Source: an uncultured Chloroflexia bacterium (GTDB taxonomy: Bacteria > Chloroflexota > Limnocylindria > Limnocylindrales > CSP1-4). Taken from it: a DNA stretch of 64,000 nt. The DNA is taken from positions 192,001-256,000 of the forward strand of contig CAWHXD010000008.1 of assembly GCA_963833225.1 (NCBI GenBank). The letters are read 5' to 3'. A model generated the notes under the pieces. The model searched no databases and was not told the origin of the DNA. It saw nothing but the letters and a program-made list of their open reading frames with translations. A program made the position numbers and the translations under genes. This document shows, piece after piece, positions 40,683-51,900 of the stretch. Every line of letters starts with the position of its first letter. Position 1 is the first letter of the stretch.

Positions 40683-41923
40683 CGCTCCCCCACCCCGGCC
40701 GGGACGGGCTCCGTGGACCGTTCGCCCCGCAGCGCAGCGGCGCTCTGCGCGACAAGCCGCTCGCGCCGGCGCTGGACGACGATCGGGGTTGGCTGATCGG
40801 CATGCTCGGCCGCCAGTTGCCCGCACGCGGCCCCGATCTCGGTGCCCCGGTTGAACCGGATGGTGGTCGCGATGCCGGCGGCCCGGAGGCGCTCCGCGAA
40901 GCCCTCCACGCGAGGGATCGGCGTGCCGGTCCAGGGCGTGTGGGCCACGGCATTCATCGGGATGAGGTTGACGTGGGCATGCTCGTGGCGAAGCAGGTCG
41001 GCCATCGCGTCCGCGTCGAGGTCGGTGTCGTTGATGCCGTCGATCATCGTCACCTCGTAGGTCACGCGCCGGCCCGTGACCTGCGCGTGCTCGCGGGCCG
41101 CGGCCACGACCTCTTCCACCGGCCAGCGCCGGTTGAGCGGGACGAGGACGTCGCGCAGCGCGTTGCGCGCGGCATGGAGCGAGATGGCCAGCGTGAACTG
41201 GGGACCGAGCGCGGTGAGGCGCCGGATCCCCGGTACCACCCCCGACGAGCTGACCGTGATGTGGCGCGCCCCGAGGCCGAACCGCTCCGGGTCGTTGAGC
41301 GCCTCGATCGACTCCAGCACCCGGTCCAGGTTGAGCAGCGGCTCGCCCATGCCCATGTACACGACGTTGGTCAGGTGCCGGCCGTCCGCGGCGAGGCGGC
41401 GCGCGGCGTGGCGGACCTGGTCCACGATCTCCGCGGTCTCGAGGTCGCGCTCCATCCCGAGCTCGCCCGTCGCGCAGAAGGGGCAGCCCACGGCACAGCC
41501 GGCCTGCGAGGAGATGCACAGGGTGTGCCGCTCGCGGGAATCGGGGCGTGCCGGGTAGTGCATCAGCACCGACTCCACCAGCAGCCCGTCGGACAGGCGG
41601 TGGACGGCCTTCTCGGTGAGGACGCCGTCGGTGAGGCGGATCTCCGACGCCTCGACCGTATCGAAGCGGAACGCCCCGGCGAGGTCGGCGCGCAGGGCCG
41701 GGGGCAGGGTGAGGATCTCGTCGAACGAGGCCTGCCGGCCGCGCCACGCCGCGTCGAGGACCTGGCGCGTCCGGTACCGCGGATGTCCACGCTCCGCGAA
41801 CCAGGCGGCCAGGGCATCGGGAGCCAGGCCGCCGATCCCCGGGCGCGGATCGCGGGGCCGGCTGGCGGAGGGGGCTGGCCGCAACCCGAAGAACGGGGTC
41901 ACGACCGGGGTGTCGTCGGTCAT
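40679..41923 (-). CDS. rlmN: dual-specificity radical SAM RNA methyltransferase RlmN
   Basis: CISSQAGCAVGCPFCATG, MGMGEPLLN, ISLHA, VNLIPMN, IGAACGQL. Confidence 0.93.
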   Translation of the reverse strand: MTDDTPVVTPFFGLRPAPSASRPRDPRPGIGGLAPDALAAWFAERGHPRYRTRQVLDAAWRGRQASFDEILTLPPALRADLAGAFRFDTVEASEIRLTDGVLTEKAVHRLSDGLLVESVLMHYPARPDSRERHTLCISSQAGCAVGCPFCATGELGMERDLETAEIVDQVRHAARRLAADGRHLTNVVYMGMGEPLLNLDRVLESIEALNDPERFGLGARHITVSSSGVVPGIRRLTALGPQFTLAISLHAARNALRDVLVPLNRRWPVEEVVAAAREHAQVTGRRVTYEVTMIDGINDTDLDADAMADLLRHEHAHVNLIPMNAVAHTPWTGTPIPRVEGFAERLRAAGIATTIRFNRGTEIGAACGQLAAEHADQPTPIVVQRRRERLVAQSAAALRGERSTEPVPAGVGER

Positions 41924-41961
41924 CACCCCCGATGATGACACGCGTGGCTCGGTGACCGCCC

Positions 41962-42906
41962 TCAGGCGGGGTCGCGACGGCCGCGAAGCCAGTCCTGCCC
42001 GGTCATCGGGCGGCGGCCGGCGGGGGTCACCCCTTCGAGCACCAGGCGCCCGTCACCGGTGGCCAGGGCCGGGCGGCCGCCGTGGCGGATGATCGCGCCG
42101 GGGACGTCACCGGGTCCGGACGGGGCGACCGATGCCTCGCTGACCACCAGCCTTCCGTCGGCAAGGTCGAGGAACGTCCCGGGCCAGGGCAGGTAGGCGC
42201 GGACCAGGCGCTCCAGCTCGGCCGCCGGCCGCGAGGGGTCGAGGCGTCCATCCTCCCGGCGGAGCGGGCGCGTGTGCGTGGCGCCCTCCGAGCCCTGCGC
42301 GACCACCCGCAGCTCGCCCCGGATCCAGGGCCCGAGCCGGTCGTCCAGCAGCTGCGCGGCGATCTCGGCCAGCCGGGTCTCCAGCTCCGGCGCCCGCTCG
42401 TCGCCCCGCAGCGCCACGTCCACGCCCGCGACGATCGGTCCGGTGTCCACGCCCGCGTCCATCCGCATCAGTGTCACGGCGGTGGAGGCGTCCCCGGCGG
42501 CGATGGTCGCGGGCACGGGGGCGGCGCCGCGCCACCGCGGCAGCCGTGACGGGTGCAGGTTGAGCGCCCCGAGGGGCAGGTCGAGCAGCGCCGCCGGGAC
42601 GATCTGGCCGTAATCGGCCAGGACGGCAAGCGCAGGCTCGAGCGCGAGGATGGTGGCGATGGCCTCCGGTGCGCGCAGGCGCTCCGGGGTCAGCACCGGC
42701 GAGAGCGCCAGCTCCACGGCCAGCCCGCCGATCGGGGTCGGCGTGGGAACGTGCCGGCGCCCGACGGGGCGGGGAGGCGCCGTGACCACCCCGACGAGCT
42801 CCACGTCCGGATGCGCGGAGAGCCGGCGCAGGGCGGGGATCCCGAACGCCCCGCTGCCCAGGAAGACCGTCCGGACGCGCACGGCCCCGCCCGGAGGAGG
42901 CGTCAC
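41962..42906 (-). CDS. fmt: methionyl-tRNA formyltransferase
   Basis: VFLGSGAF, VVTAPPRPVGR, DYGQIV, NLHPSRLPRWRGAAP, MDAGVDTG; GTG overlaps the def stop. Confidence 0.95.
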   Translation of the reverse strand: MTPPPGGAVRVRTVFLGSGAFGIPALRRLSAHPDVELVGVVTAPPRPVGRRHVPTPTPIGGLAVELALSPVLTPERLRAPEAIATILALEPALAVLADYGQIVPAALLDLPLGALNLHPSRLPRWRGAAPVPATIAAGDASTAVTLMRMDAGVDTGPIVAGVDVALRGDERAPELETRLAEIAAQLLDDRLGPWIRGELRVVAQGSEGATHTRPLRREDGRLDPSRPAAELERLVRAYLPWPGTFLDLADGRLVVSEASVAPSGPGDVPGAIIRHGGRPALATGDGRLVLEGVTPAGRRPMTGQDWLRGRRDPA

Positions 42907-43454
42907 GCCAGGGCGCTCGTCGCCCGCTGGATCCGTGCGTCCGAGGCGCGGTCGCCGTCGTTGTCGCCGTCGGCCTCGTCGTCGTCGCCGTGGCCCACGG
43001 CGATCAGCTCGTCCATCGAGTCGAGATAGTCGATGTACAGCTTCCCGTCGAGATGATCGAGCTCGTGCTGGAGCGCCCGGCCAAGGAGCCCGGAACCGCC
43101 CACCTTGATCTTCCGCCCGAGGCGGTTCTGGGCGACGATCCACACCTTCTCGCGACGCGTGACGTAGGCGACGTAGCCCGGGATCGACAGGCAGCCCTCA
43201 AGGTCCCGGTCGTCACCGTGGGCCCGGACGATCTGCGGGTTCACGAGCTCGTAGAGCTGGCTCTCGACCTCGACCACGCAGGCCCGGACCGCCTCGCCGA
43301 GCTGGGGCGCCGCGAGACCGACACCCGGCGCGTGCCGCATCGAGTCCGTGAGGTCGTCGAGGAGCTCGTGGAGATACTTGCCGAAGCTGTCCACGGTCTC
43401 GCCCTTGAGGCGGAGCCGGGGGTCGCCCAGGAGGACGATGGGTTTGACGCTCAT
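42903..43454 (-). CDS. def: peptide deformylase
   Basis: GVGLAAPQ, EGCLSIPG, QHELDHLDG. Confidence 0.97.
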   Translation of the reverse strand: MSVKPIVLLGDPRLRLKGETVDSFGKYLHELLDDLTDSMRHAPGVGLAAPQLGEAVRACVVEVESQLYELVNPQIVRAHGDDRDLEGCLSIPGYVAYVTRREKVWIVAQNRLGRKIKVGGSGLLGRALQHELDHLDGKLYIDYLDSMDELIAVGHGDDDEADGDNDGDRASDARIQRATSALA

Positions 43455-43562
43455 GGCGGCTGAGTATACGCAACCGACCGCCGTGGCCTCGTTCGGGCGG
43501 GCGGTCGGCACCGGGTCCGCGATGGAGCCGGATGGCGCGGCGGGCGCTCCCTGGCGCCGGGC

Positions 43563-43955
43563 CTAGCTGCCGGTGCCCTGCGTCTCCTCGGGGTCCCCGG
43601 CGGTCTCCACCGCGGCCGCCTCGTCCGCGCCCTCGGTGCCCTCCTCGGCATCCTGCTGGCGCAGGTCTGCGGCCACGGTCTGCGCCCGCTCGGCGAACCG
43701 CTGGCCGTACTCGGAGGTCAGGTTCGCCGCCTTCTGGGCGGCCGGACCGGCCTTGACGGCGGCCAGGGCGGCAAGCTCGGCCGCCTTGGCGCTGACCTGG
43801 CGGGCGACGGGTGCGGCTGCCGTCGAAACCTGCTGGATCATCGCCTCCAGCTGCGCGAGCCACTCCCGGGCGCGCACGGAAGCGCCGGGCCCGTCGCCCT
43901 CGGGCTCCACGTCGGGGATCGGCTCGTCGGCGAGGGGCGGGGTCTGCTCGGTCAT
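43563..43955 (-). CDS. hypothetical helical protein with acidic termini
   Basis: Strong SD (GAAGGAGG) before the ATG at 43955, host-like codon usage, fills the priA-def gap. Confidence 0.7.
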   Translation of the reverse strand: MTEQTPPLADEPIPDVEPEGDGPGASVRAREWLAQLEAMIQQVSTAAAPVARQVSAKAAELAALAAVKAGPAAQKAANLTSEYGQRFAERAQTVAADLRQQDAEEGTEGADEAAAVETAGDPEETQGTGS

Positions 43956-44070
43956 CGTGTGCCTCCTTCGGGCAGGGGCCAGATCCTGGCTGTCCCGTGG
44001 GACCCCATTGTCGCCCACGCACCCGGGTTGCGCACGTGCCGCACCTCCCGGGATCGTCGCGTCGCGCGCC

Positions 44071-46607
44071 TCAGAGCAGCGATTCCGGGTCGACGTCGAT
44101 GCTCCACGGGGCCCCCGGCACGGGATCCAGGAGCGCCACGGGATCCGGTCCGCGCAGGACGACATGGAAGCGCCAGCGATCGCCACGCCTGGCGACGTAT
44201 GCCGGCGCCGGCCCCACCACCTGGACGGCCGATCCGCGGTCCCGAGCCAGGGCGCGAAGCCGCTCCGCCATCGCGACCGCCTCGCGCTCCGCCGCGTCGC
44301 GCTCCGGCAGGCTGACCGTGAGCTTGACCAGCCGCCCGAACGGCGGCGACCCGAACCGCTCGCGGAGGGCAAGCTCCTCGTCGTAGAAGGTCGCGGCATC
44401 GCGCTCCACGACGGCCCGGATCGCTCGATGGTCCGGGCGGTACGTCTGGATGATCGCCCGGCCCGGGCGGTCGCCTCGTCCCGCCCGCCCAACCGCCTGG
44501 GCGAGCAGCTGGTAGGTCCGCTCCGAGGCGCGCTCGTCGGGGAGGTTGAGGGCGATGTCGGCGGAGACGACGCCGACCAGGATGACCTCGGCGATGTCGA
44601 GGCCCTTCGTCACCAGGCTCGTCCCGACCAGGACGTCCGTGCGCCCGGCGGCGAACGCGTCGAGGACGCGGTCCGCGGCTCCCTTGCGCTCGACCACGTC
44701 GCGATCCAGCCGGGCGACACGGAGCGACGGGAAGCGCTCCCGGACCTCGCGCTCCACGCGCTCGGTGCCGCCGCCCAGGTACCGGATCCGCGGCGAGGCG
44801 CACTGGCGGGCATCGGTTCGCGATGGGCCAGGCCCGGCCGCAGTGGTGGCAGCGCAGCGTGGTCCCCGCCTGGTGGTACACGAGCGGCCGGTCGCAGTCG
44901 GGGCAGGCCTGCACGAACCCGCAGTCCCGGCACAGCACCACCGACGCCGTCCCGCGGCGGTTCAGCACCAGGATCGCGCGGTCCCCGTGCTCGGTGTCGA
45001 GCTCGGCAACAGCCGCGACGAGCGCGTCCGAGAGCAGGCCGCGATTGCCGGCCGCGAGCTCCTCGCGCAGGTCGATCGCCACGACCGTGGGCTCCGCGCC
45101 GGCCGCGCGCACCGGCAGCACCGCCCGCCGGTATCGCCCCGCCCGGGCGTGACCCATCGTCTCGACCGCGGGCGTGGCCGAGCCGAGCACCACCGCCGCG
45201 CCGGCCAGCCGTCCGAGCTCCACCGCCCCGTCGCGCGCCTGGAACCGCGGGGTCCGGTCGCTCTTGTACGCGGCGTCGTGCTCCTCGTCGACCACGATCA
45301 GGCCCACGTCCGCCAGCGGGGCGAGGAGCGCCGTCCGGGTCCCGACGACGAGGTCCGCGTCGCCCGCTCGGACCCGGCGCCACTCGTCGGCCCGCTCGCC
45401 GTCGCCCAGCGCCGAGTGCAGGACGGCGATCCTCGGCCTGGAGCTCCGCCCGGAGGCGGTCCACGATCGGCGTCGCCAGCGCGATCTCCGGGACGAGCAG
45501 CATGGCCGGCCGGCCGGCCGCGAGCGACGCGGCGATCGCCTCCACGTAGATCGCCGTCTTGCCACCGCCGGTGACGCCGTCGAGGAGGGTGGGTGTCGGG
45601 TCGCGGGCGGCGATCGCGTCGGTCACGAGCCGCAGGGCCGCGGCCTGGTCACCGGTCAGCGCCGACCCCGGTGGGCGGGCGCCGCGTGTCGGAGCCGGGC
45701 GCCCCGCGAGCGGTCGGCGCGGTCGTTCGCGGACCTCCGCCCGGACGAGGCCCCGCCGCACGAGCCCCGCGATGGACGACGATCCGAACCGCTCCACGAA
45801 CGCCGAGGCCGCGACGCCTGACCCGTCCGCCGCGGCGGTCGCCGACAGCTCGGTTGTCGCCGACAGCTCGGCGAGCGCGTCCCGCTGGCGCGGACCCAGC
45901 GGGCGGCCATGGACACGCTCGCCCGCGGCAAGGGCCGCGGCCGCGGATCGGCCATCGTCGGTCAGCCACAGGCGCCGCTCATAGCGCGGGCCCAGGGCCG
46001 CGCCGAGCAGGGTCCAGGTGAGGTCCACCAGGTCCTCGTCGGCCAGCGCCCGGAGCCGGCGCAGCAGCGCGGCCCGACCCTCGGGGCTGGACAGGTCGCG
46101 CACCGGCCGGGCCCGGCCGGCGAGCTCGTCGAGGAGATCCAGGTCCGGCAGGGACAGGCCGGGCTCCGGGCGCCCCATCCGCGCCTCGCCGGCGGGCGTG
46201 ACCTCTGCCATCAGCTCCAGGCGCTCCAGCATGCCCGGCGGCAGCATCGCCCGGATCACCACGGCCAGCGGCGCGAGGTACCGGCCCGCGAGCAGCGCCG
46301 CGAACGCCAGCGCAAGCGGCGGCAGCAGCGGGCCGTCGGACCGGATGCGCGCCGCCAGTGGCCGCAGCTCCCCGCCCGGAGGCGCGGTCCCCTCCCCGAT
46401 CACGATCCCGATCGCCTGGCGGCCGCCCTTCCCAAACGGAACGAGGACCGCCTCGCCCGTCTCCAGGTCCTCGAGGCCGGCCGGCACGAGGTAGGTGTAG
46501 GTTCGCGGCCCGGGTCCCGCGGGGGCATCCACCGCCACCTCGACGAGCCGCCCCCGGGCCGTCGCGGGTGTCATCCCGCCCGGGTCAAGGCCAAGCGTGG
46601 GCGCCAT
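44071..46607 (-). CDS. priA: primosomal protein N' (two apparent frameshifts near 45435 and 44806)
   Basis: VLVPFG, LLDGVTGGGKT, LLVPEIAL, VVDEEHDAAYK, LGSATP, four CxxC, LVGTSLVTKGLD, QAVGRAGR, IDVDP; the pieces lie in three frames. Confidence 0.93.
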
Positions 46608-46617
46608 GGTGGGGCTC

Positions 46618-47247
46618 TCAGCCGACGCGGATCTGCCGCTCGGCGTTCCGGCGCTTCTCCTGCTCGATGATCGCCTCGATCTCGGCAGCGGTCCGCTCGA
46701 CCTGGCCGGTCTCGTTGAGGACCACGCGGTCGTAGTCGCCCTGCCGGGCCAGCTCGATCGCCGCGTTGCGCTGGCGGATCTCGAGCTCATCGGCGGTCTC
46801 GGTGGCGCGCGAGCGGAGCCGCTGGAAGAGGGCCTCGAGCGAGGGCGGGACGAGGAACACCAGCAGCGCCTCCGGGACGCGCTGCTTCACCACCATCGCG
46901 CCCTGGACGTCGATCTTGAGGATGACGTCGTGCCCCTCGGCAAGCGCCCGCGCGACGTCGCGTCGCGGGGTCCCGTACCAGTTCCCGTGGACCTCGTTGG
47001 CCTCCAGCAGCTCGCCGGCCTCGCGCAGCTGGTTGAACTGTGGCCTGGTGAGGAACTGGTACGACACGCCGGGGATCTCGCCCGTGCGAGGCCTGCGGGT
47101 CGTGCACGTGACCACGTAGTGGTAGTCGGGGTCACGGGGCCGCGTCCGCAGCTCGTCGATGACGGTGTCCTTGCCCACCCCCGACGGCCCGCTGACGATG
47201 ACGAGCAGGGCGCCGGGCGCGCCGAGCAGCACCTCCGGGGTGGTCAC
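46618..47247 (-). CDS. gmk: guanylate kinase
   Basis: VSGPSGVGKDT, TTRRPRTGE, GNWYGT, IDVQGA, FLVPPSLE. Confidence 0.96.
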   Translation of the reverse strand: MTTPEVLLGAPGALLVIVSGPSGVGKDTVIDELRTRPRDPDYHYVVTCTTRRPRTGEIPGVSYQFLTRPQFNQLREAGELLEANEVHGNWYGTPRRDVARALAEGHDVILKIDVQGAMVVKQRVPEALLVFLVPPSLEALFQRLRSRATETADELEIRQRNAAIELARQGDYDRVVLNETGQVERTAAEIEAIIEQEKRRNAERQIRVG

Positions 47248-48314
47248 TCGCTCCCTCCCACCGGCCGTCCGCCGGCTGACGTCTCGGCCTCCCGCAGCCG
47301 GGTGAGCACCAGCTCCAGGTTGTCGGGGAGCGGCGCCTCCACCCGGAGCAGCTTGCCCGACGAGGGGGAGACGAGCTCCAGCCGCCACGCGTGGAGGAAC
47401 AGCCGGTCCAGGCTGTCGGGGCCCTTGCGAGCGGTGCCCGTGCCGTACACGGCGTCACCCGCCACGGAGTGGCCGAGCGCGGCCAGGTGGACCCGGATCT
47501 GGTGGGTTCGCCCGGTGACCAGGTCGAGCTCGAGCAGGGTCCACTCGCGGAATCGCTCCCGGACGCGGTAGCCGGTGGTGGCCGCGCGCCCATCCACGAC
47601 CACGGCCATCCGCTTGCGATCCTTCGGGTTGCGCCCGATCGGGGCTTCGATCCGGCCGGCGGCCGCGGCCACCGCGCCCTGGGCCAGGGCCAGGTAGGTC
47701 TTGCGCACGCGGCGCGCCTTGAGCTGCGCCATGACCGACGCCTGGGCGGCGTCGTTGCGAGCCACGATCAGCAGCCCCGAGGTGTCCCGGTCCAGCCGGT
47801 GGACGATCCCCGGTCGGGCGACACCCGCGATCCCCCCGTAGTGGTCGCCGCGCGCGAGGAGGGCGTTGACGAGCGTGCCCCGCCAGTGGCCCGGGGCCGG
47901 GTGGACGACCAGCCCCGTGGGCTTGTTGACGATCAGGATGTCGTCGTCCTCGTAGGCAACCTCGATCGGGATCGTGGGGTCCGGCTCGAGGTGGTACGGG
48001 ACCTCGGGCGGGGGAACCTCGAGGACCACGGCCCCGCCGCGGACCTCCGAGTTGGCCCGCAGCCGGCGACCGGTGTCGTCGACGAGGCGCCCGTCGCTGA
48101 TGAGCTTCTGCACGTACGACCGGGAGAGGCCCGTCCGGTCGGCGACGAAGCGGTCGACGCGGCGGATGATCTCGCCCTCCGGGATCGTCAGGCGCCGCGG
48201 GCCGGGGGGCACCGACGGCGGGCCCGGCTCGGGGCCCAGGACGGTCTCCAGCTCGTCGTCCGGTTCGACGACCTCGTCCTCACCCAGCAGCTCGAGCTCG
48301 CCCGGGTCAGCCAT
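47244..48314 (-). CDS. rluD: RluA/RluD family pseudouridine synthase
   Basis: S4-like domain, VNKPTGLVVHP, GIVHRLDRDTSG, TGRTHQIRVH, LHAWRL. Confidence 0.92.
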   Translation of the reverse strand: MADPGELELLGEDEVVEPDDELETVLGPEPGPPSVPPGPRRLTIPEGEIIRRVDRFVADRTGLSRSYVQKLISDGRLVDDTGRRLRANSEVRGGAVVLEVPPPEVPYHLEPDPTIPIEVAYEDDDILIVNKPTGLVVHPAPGHWRGTLVNALLARGDHYGGIAGVARPGIVHRLDRDTSGLLIVARNDAAQASVMAQLKARRVRKTYLALAQGAVAAAAGRIEAPIGRNPKDRKRMAVVVDGRAATTGYRVRERFREWTLLELDLVTGRTHQIRVHLAALGHSVAGDAVYGTGTARKGPDSLDRLFLHAWRLELVSPSSGKLLRVEAPLPDNLELVLTRLREAETSAGGRPVGGSE

Positions 48315-48909
48315 CCGCGCCCCACTCCGCGATCCGCGGGACGATCGCCATCGCGATCAGCAGCACGATCGATGTCGTGATGCAGGCATCGGCGACGTTG
48401 TAGGTCCAGAAGCGGACGGTGCCGATCCCCATGTCGACCCAGTCGATCACGTGGCCGTGGTTGAGCCGGTCGAGCAGGTTGCCGATGGCGCCGCCGAGCA
48501 GGAGGCCCAGCGCGACGGTGGTGACGAAGCCGCGGCCGGCCTTCGCGTGGTACAGCACGATCAGCGCCGTGACCCCCATGGACACGATCGCGAACGCGGG
48601 CGCGGACTGCGGGAGCATCCCGAACAGGATCCCCGAGTTCTGGCCGTACACGACGTTGAGCAGGTCCGGGATGACCACCATCCCGGCGCCCGGTGCCAGC
48701 TGGCTGACGACCCACGCCTTGCTCAGCTGGTCGATGACGACGACCACCAGCGCCAGGGCGCCGAACACGACCCACCGCCGGCTCGACGGGCCCCGCCACT
48801 CCGCCCGCCGCACCGCCCCGTCGTCGGCGGGAATCTCGTCCTCGTCGACGATCTCGACGTCCTCATCGAGGACGCCGTCGTCGTCGCCCAGCACCGGCCC
48901 GGTCGTCAT
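48307..48909 (-). CDS. lspA: lipoprotein signal peptidase II
   Basis: IDQLSK, NSGILFG, GGAIGNLLDRL, VIDW, YNVAD; acidic N-terminal extension. Confidence 0.95.
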   Translation of the reverse strand: MTTGPVLGDDDGVLDEDVEIVDEDEIPADDGAVRRAEWRGPSSRRWVVFGALALVVVVIDQLSKAWVVSQLAPGAGMVVIPDLLNVVYGQNSGILFGMLPQSAPAFAIVSMGVTALIVLYHAKAGRGFVTTVALGLLLGGAIGNLLDRLNHGHVIDWVDMGIGTVRFWTYNVADACITTSIVLLIAMAIVPRIAEWGADG

Positions 48910-48913
48910 CAGC

Positions 48914-51900
48914 TCAGGTGTCCCCGGCCCGTCGGAGCCCGATCCGCAGCTCGCCGCGATCGAGGTGGACCGCCGCCATGGGCACCCCCGCCGGCGGCGG
49001 CTCCCGGCGAACCTCGTCCGCAAGCGTCTCCACCGCCACGGAACGCAGGTGGGGCTCCAGCTCCGCGCGGGCGCCGTCGAGCCACAGCACGATCCGGTCG
49101 TCGAGGTCCAGCTCCGCCTCCTTGCGCAGGTCCTGGATCGCGCGCTGGAGCTCGCGGGCGTCGCCCTCGGCCAGCAGGTCCGGCGTGAGCTCGGTATCCA
49201 GCACGACCACGAGCCCGTCCCGATCGGCCACCGCGGTTCCGGGGCGTGGGGTGGCCTGGATCTCCACCTCGTCCGGGGCGAGCGTCTCGCCGGCCAGCGT
49301 CACGGAGCCGTCCGCGTGGAACGTGACGGCCCCCTCGCGCGCGGCGGCCATGACCGCCGGGATGGCGGCTCCAAGCCGCTTGCCGATCCTGGGCAGCAGG
49401 GGCTTGACCCGTCGCTCGACGAGCGCGGATCCGTCCGGGATGACCTCCACGCGCTTGACGTTGAGCTCGTCGGCAAACAGGGCCAGGAGATCCGGACCCA
49501 GGGCAAGCCCTCGATCCGGGACGGCGAGCCAGGCCGTGGCCAGCGGTTGGCGAATTCTTGAGCCCGGCCTGTGCGCGCAGGGTCCGTGCCAGGTCCACCG
49601 CGCCGCGCAGCAGCGCCATCGCGCGCTCGAGCGGTTCGTCGCGGTGTGGGGCCATGGTCTCGGCCGGCCATCGGGTCAGGTGGACGCTGTCGGGGTGCTC
49701 CGGCAGGACCGCCACCACGAGGTTCCCGTACAGGGTGTCGGCCAGGAACGGCAGGATCGGGGCCAGGGTGCGCGACAGGCTCACCAGCGCGGCATGCAGC
49801 GTGGCGAACGCGGCATCCCTGTCCGCCGCCTCCGCGCCGGCCCGCATCCGGTCCCTCGAACGGCGCAGGTACCACGTCGAGAGGTCGTCGATGAACGCGC
49901 TGAGCGCCCGCGTCGCCCCCACGGCGTCGATGTCGTCCAGGCGCGCGCCGACCTCGGCGGCCAGGCCCGCGGATCGTGACAGGATCCAGCGGTCCAGCAC
50001 CGGCCACGTGCGGGCAGCCTCGATGGCCTCCCCGATCCCCCGGCTGGGTGTCCAGCCCGCGAGCCGCGCGTAGGTCACGAAGAACGCGTACACGTTCCAC
50101 AACACCAGCAGCTCCCGGCGGGCCTCGTCGGCCGCGTGCCAGCCAAACAGGATGTTGTCCTCGGGCCGGGCCTTCGCGAACATCCAGCGCATGACGTCGA
50201 CGCCCATCCGGTCGGCCGCCTCGTCGAACTCGATCGCGTTGCCCCAGCTCTTGTGCATCGGCCGGCCGTCCTCACCAAAGACCAGGGCGTAGCCGAAGAT
50301 CGCGCGGAACGGCTCCGTCCGGCGTAGGACGGTGGACATCGCGAGCATCGAGTAGAACCAGTTGCGGAACTGGCCCGGGAAGCTCTCCGTGATGAAGTCG
50401 GCCGGGAACCAGTCCGCCCAGGCGTCGGGGTCCTCGCGGTAATGCATCGTCGAGAACGGCACGATCCCCGCATCCAGCCAGGGGTTGCCGACGTCCCGGA
50501 TCCGCTCCACGGGCTCGCCGCAGGACGGGCAGGCGATGCGCACCTCGTCAACCCACGGTCGATGCGGCGTGTGGCCGTCAAACGCGTCCCAGCCGGCCAC
50601 GGCGCGGACCTTGAGCTCCTCCCGACCGCCGATGACCTCCACGGTGCCGCACGCGGCGCAGTCGTAGATGGGCAGCGCCAGGCCCCAGTAGCGCTTCTTG
50701 CTGATCATCCAGTCATGCATGTTGCGGAGCCAGTCCAGCTCCCGGTCATGGCCGAAGTCCGGGATCCACCGGATCCGGTCCACGACCTCCATGATCTGGT
50801 AGCGGAGGCTCCGGTCCACCTGCTCCGGCGTGAGCGTCTCGCGAGGCTGGTCGTACACCTCGCCCATGGAGATGAACCACTCGTCCACGAGCCGGAACAG
50901 GAGCGGCGTCCCGCAGCGCCAGCAGTGGGGATACCGGTGGCTGTACGGCTCGAGGTGGTAGAAGAACCCGCGCCGCTCGAGGTCGTCCACGATCCGCTCG
51001 GCGACCGCGGGGGCCTCCAGGCCCGTGAGCCAGTCAAACCCCGGGACATACCGGCCACCCTCGTCGATGGGACCGATGACGGGCAGCCCGAGCTGCCTCC
51101 CCAGCTGGTAGTCCTCGGCACCACACCCGGGAGCGATATGGACGATCCCGGTGCCCTCGTCCTCCCCGACCTCGCCCCAGGCCACGACCCGGTGCTGGTA
51201 CCCCGCCGCCTCGAACGCCGTTCCCACGGCGGGCAGCTCGTCATAGGGGCCCGTGTAGCGCCAGCCGACCAGCTCGGAGCCGGCGACCTCCTCCTCGACG
51301 GTGAACGGGCCCCGGAGGGCGGCCTTGAGCATCCCCTTGCCCACCCAGAACCGGTCTTCTCCCTGGCGAACCTTCAGGTAGCGAAGGTCCGGACCGACCG
51401 CGGCCGCCACGTTCGACGTCAGCGTCCAGGGCGTCGTCGTCCACACGAGGAGCGCCTCGCCCGGGCGGTCCAGCAGCGGGAGCCGGATCGTCAGGCCGGG
51501 ATCCTCGCGGTCCGCATAGCCCTCGTTCATCTCCATCTGCGACAGGCCGGTGCCGCAGCGCGGGCACCAGGGCATCGTGTCCGAGCCCTTGTACAGCCAG
51601 CCGCGCCGATGGCATTCGGCGAGGAAGCCCCAGATGAGGTCGTTGTTCTCGTTGCTGAAGGTGAAGTAGGACCCGCCCAGCTCGGGCATCCCGAGCCGGC
51701 CGACGAGCATCTCGACGGTGTCGGTGACGGGGCCCTCCGGACCTTCGATGCTGGTCACCGCCGTCGGGTCCTTGCCGAGCAGATCGTGAAGTCGCCGGAG
51801 CTCGGCCGGGTCGTTCCAGTCCATCCACATGCCCAGCCGGACCGACTGCTCGGTCTGGCGCGCCGCGTAGGTCAGGACCCGCTGCTTGCACAGGGTCACG

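Noticed and set aside
40679-41923. Cfr-type resistance methyltransferase
   Set aside because: Core fmt-rlmN-rpe synteny and RlmN-like motifs; nothing specifically supports Cfr without a phylogeny.
49540-49570. Programmed ribosomal frameshift in ileS (also priA and ispG)
   Set aside because: No canonical slippery heptamer or shared signal; scattered indels across the window are better explained by sequencing error.
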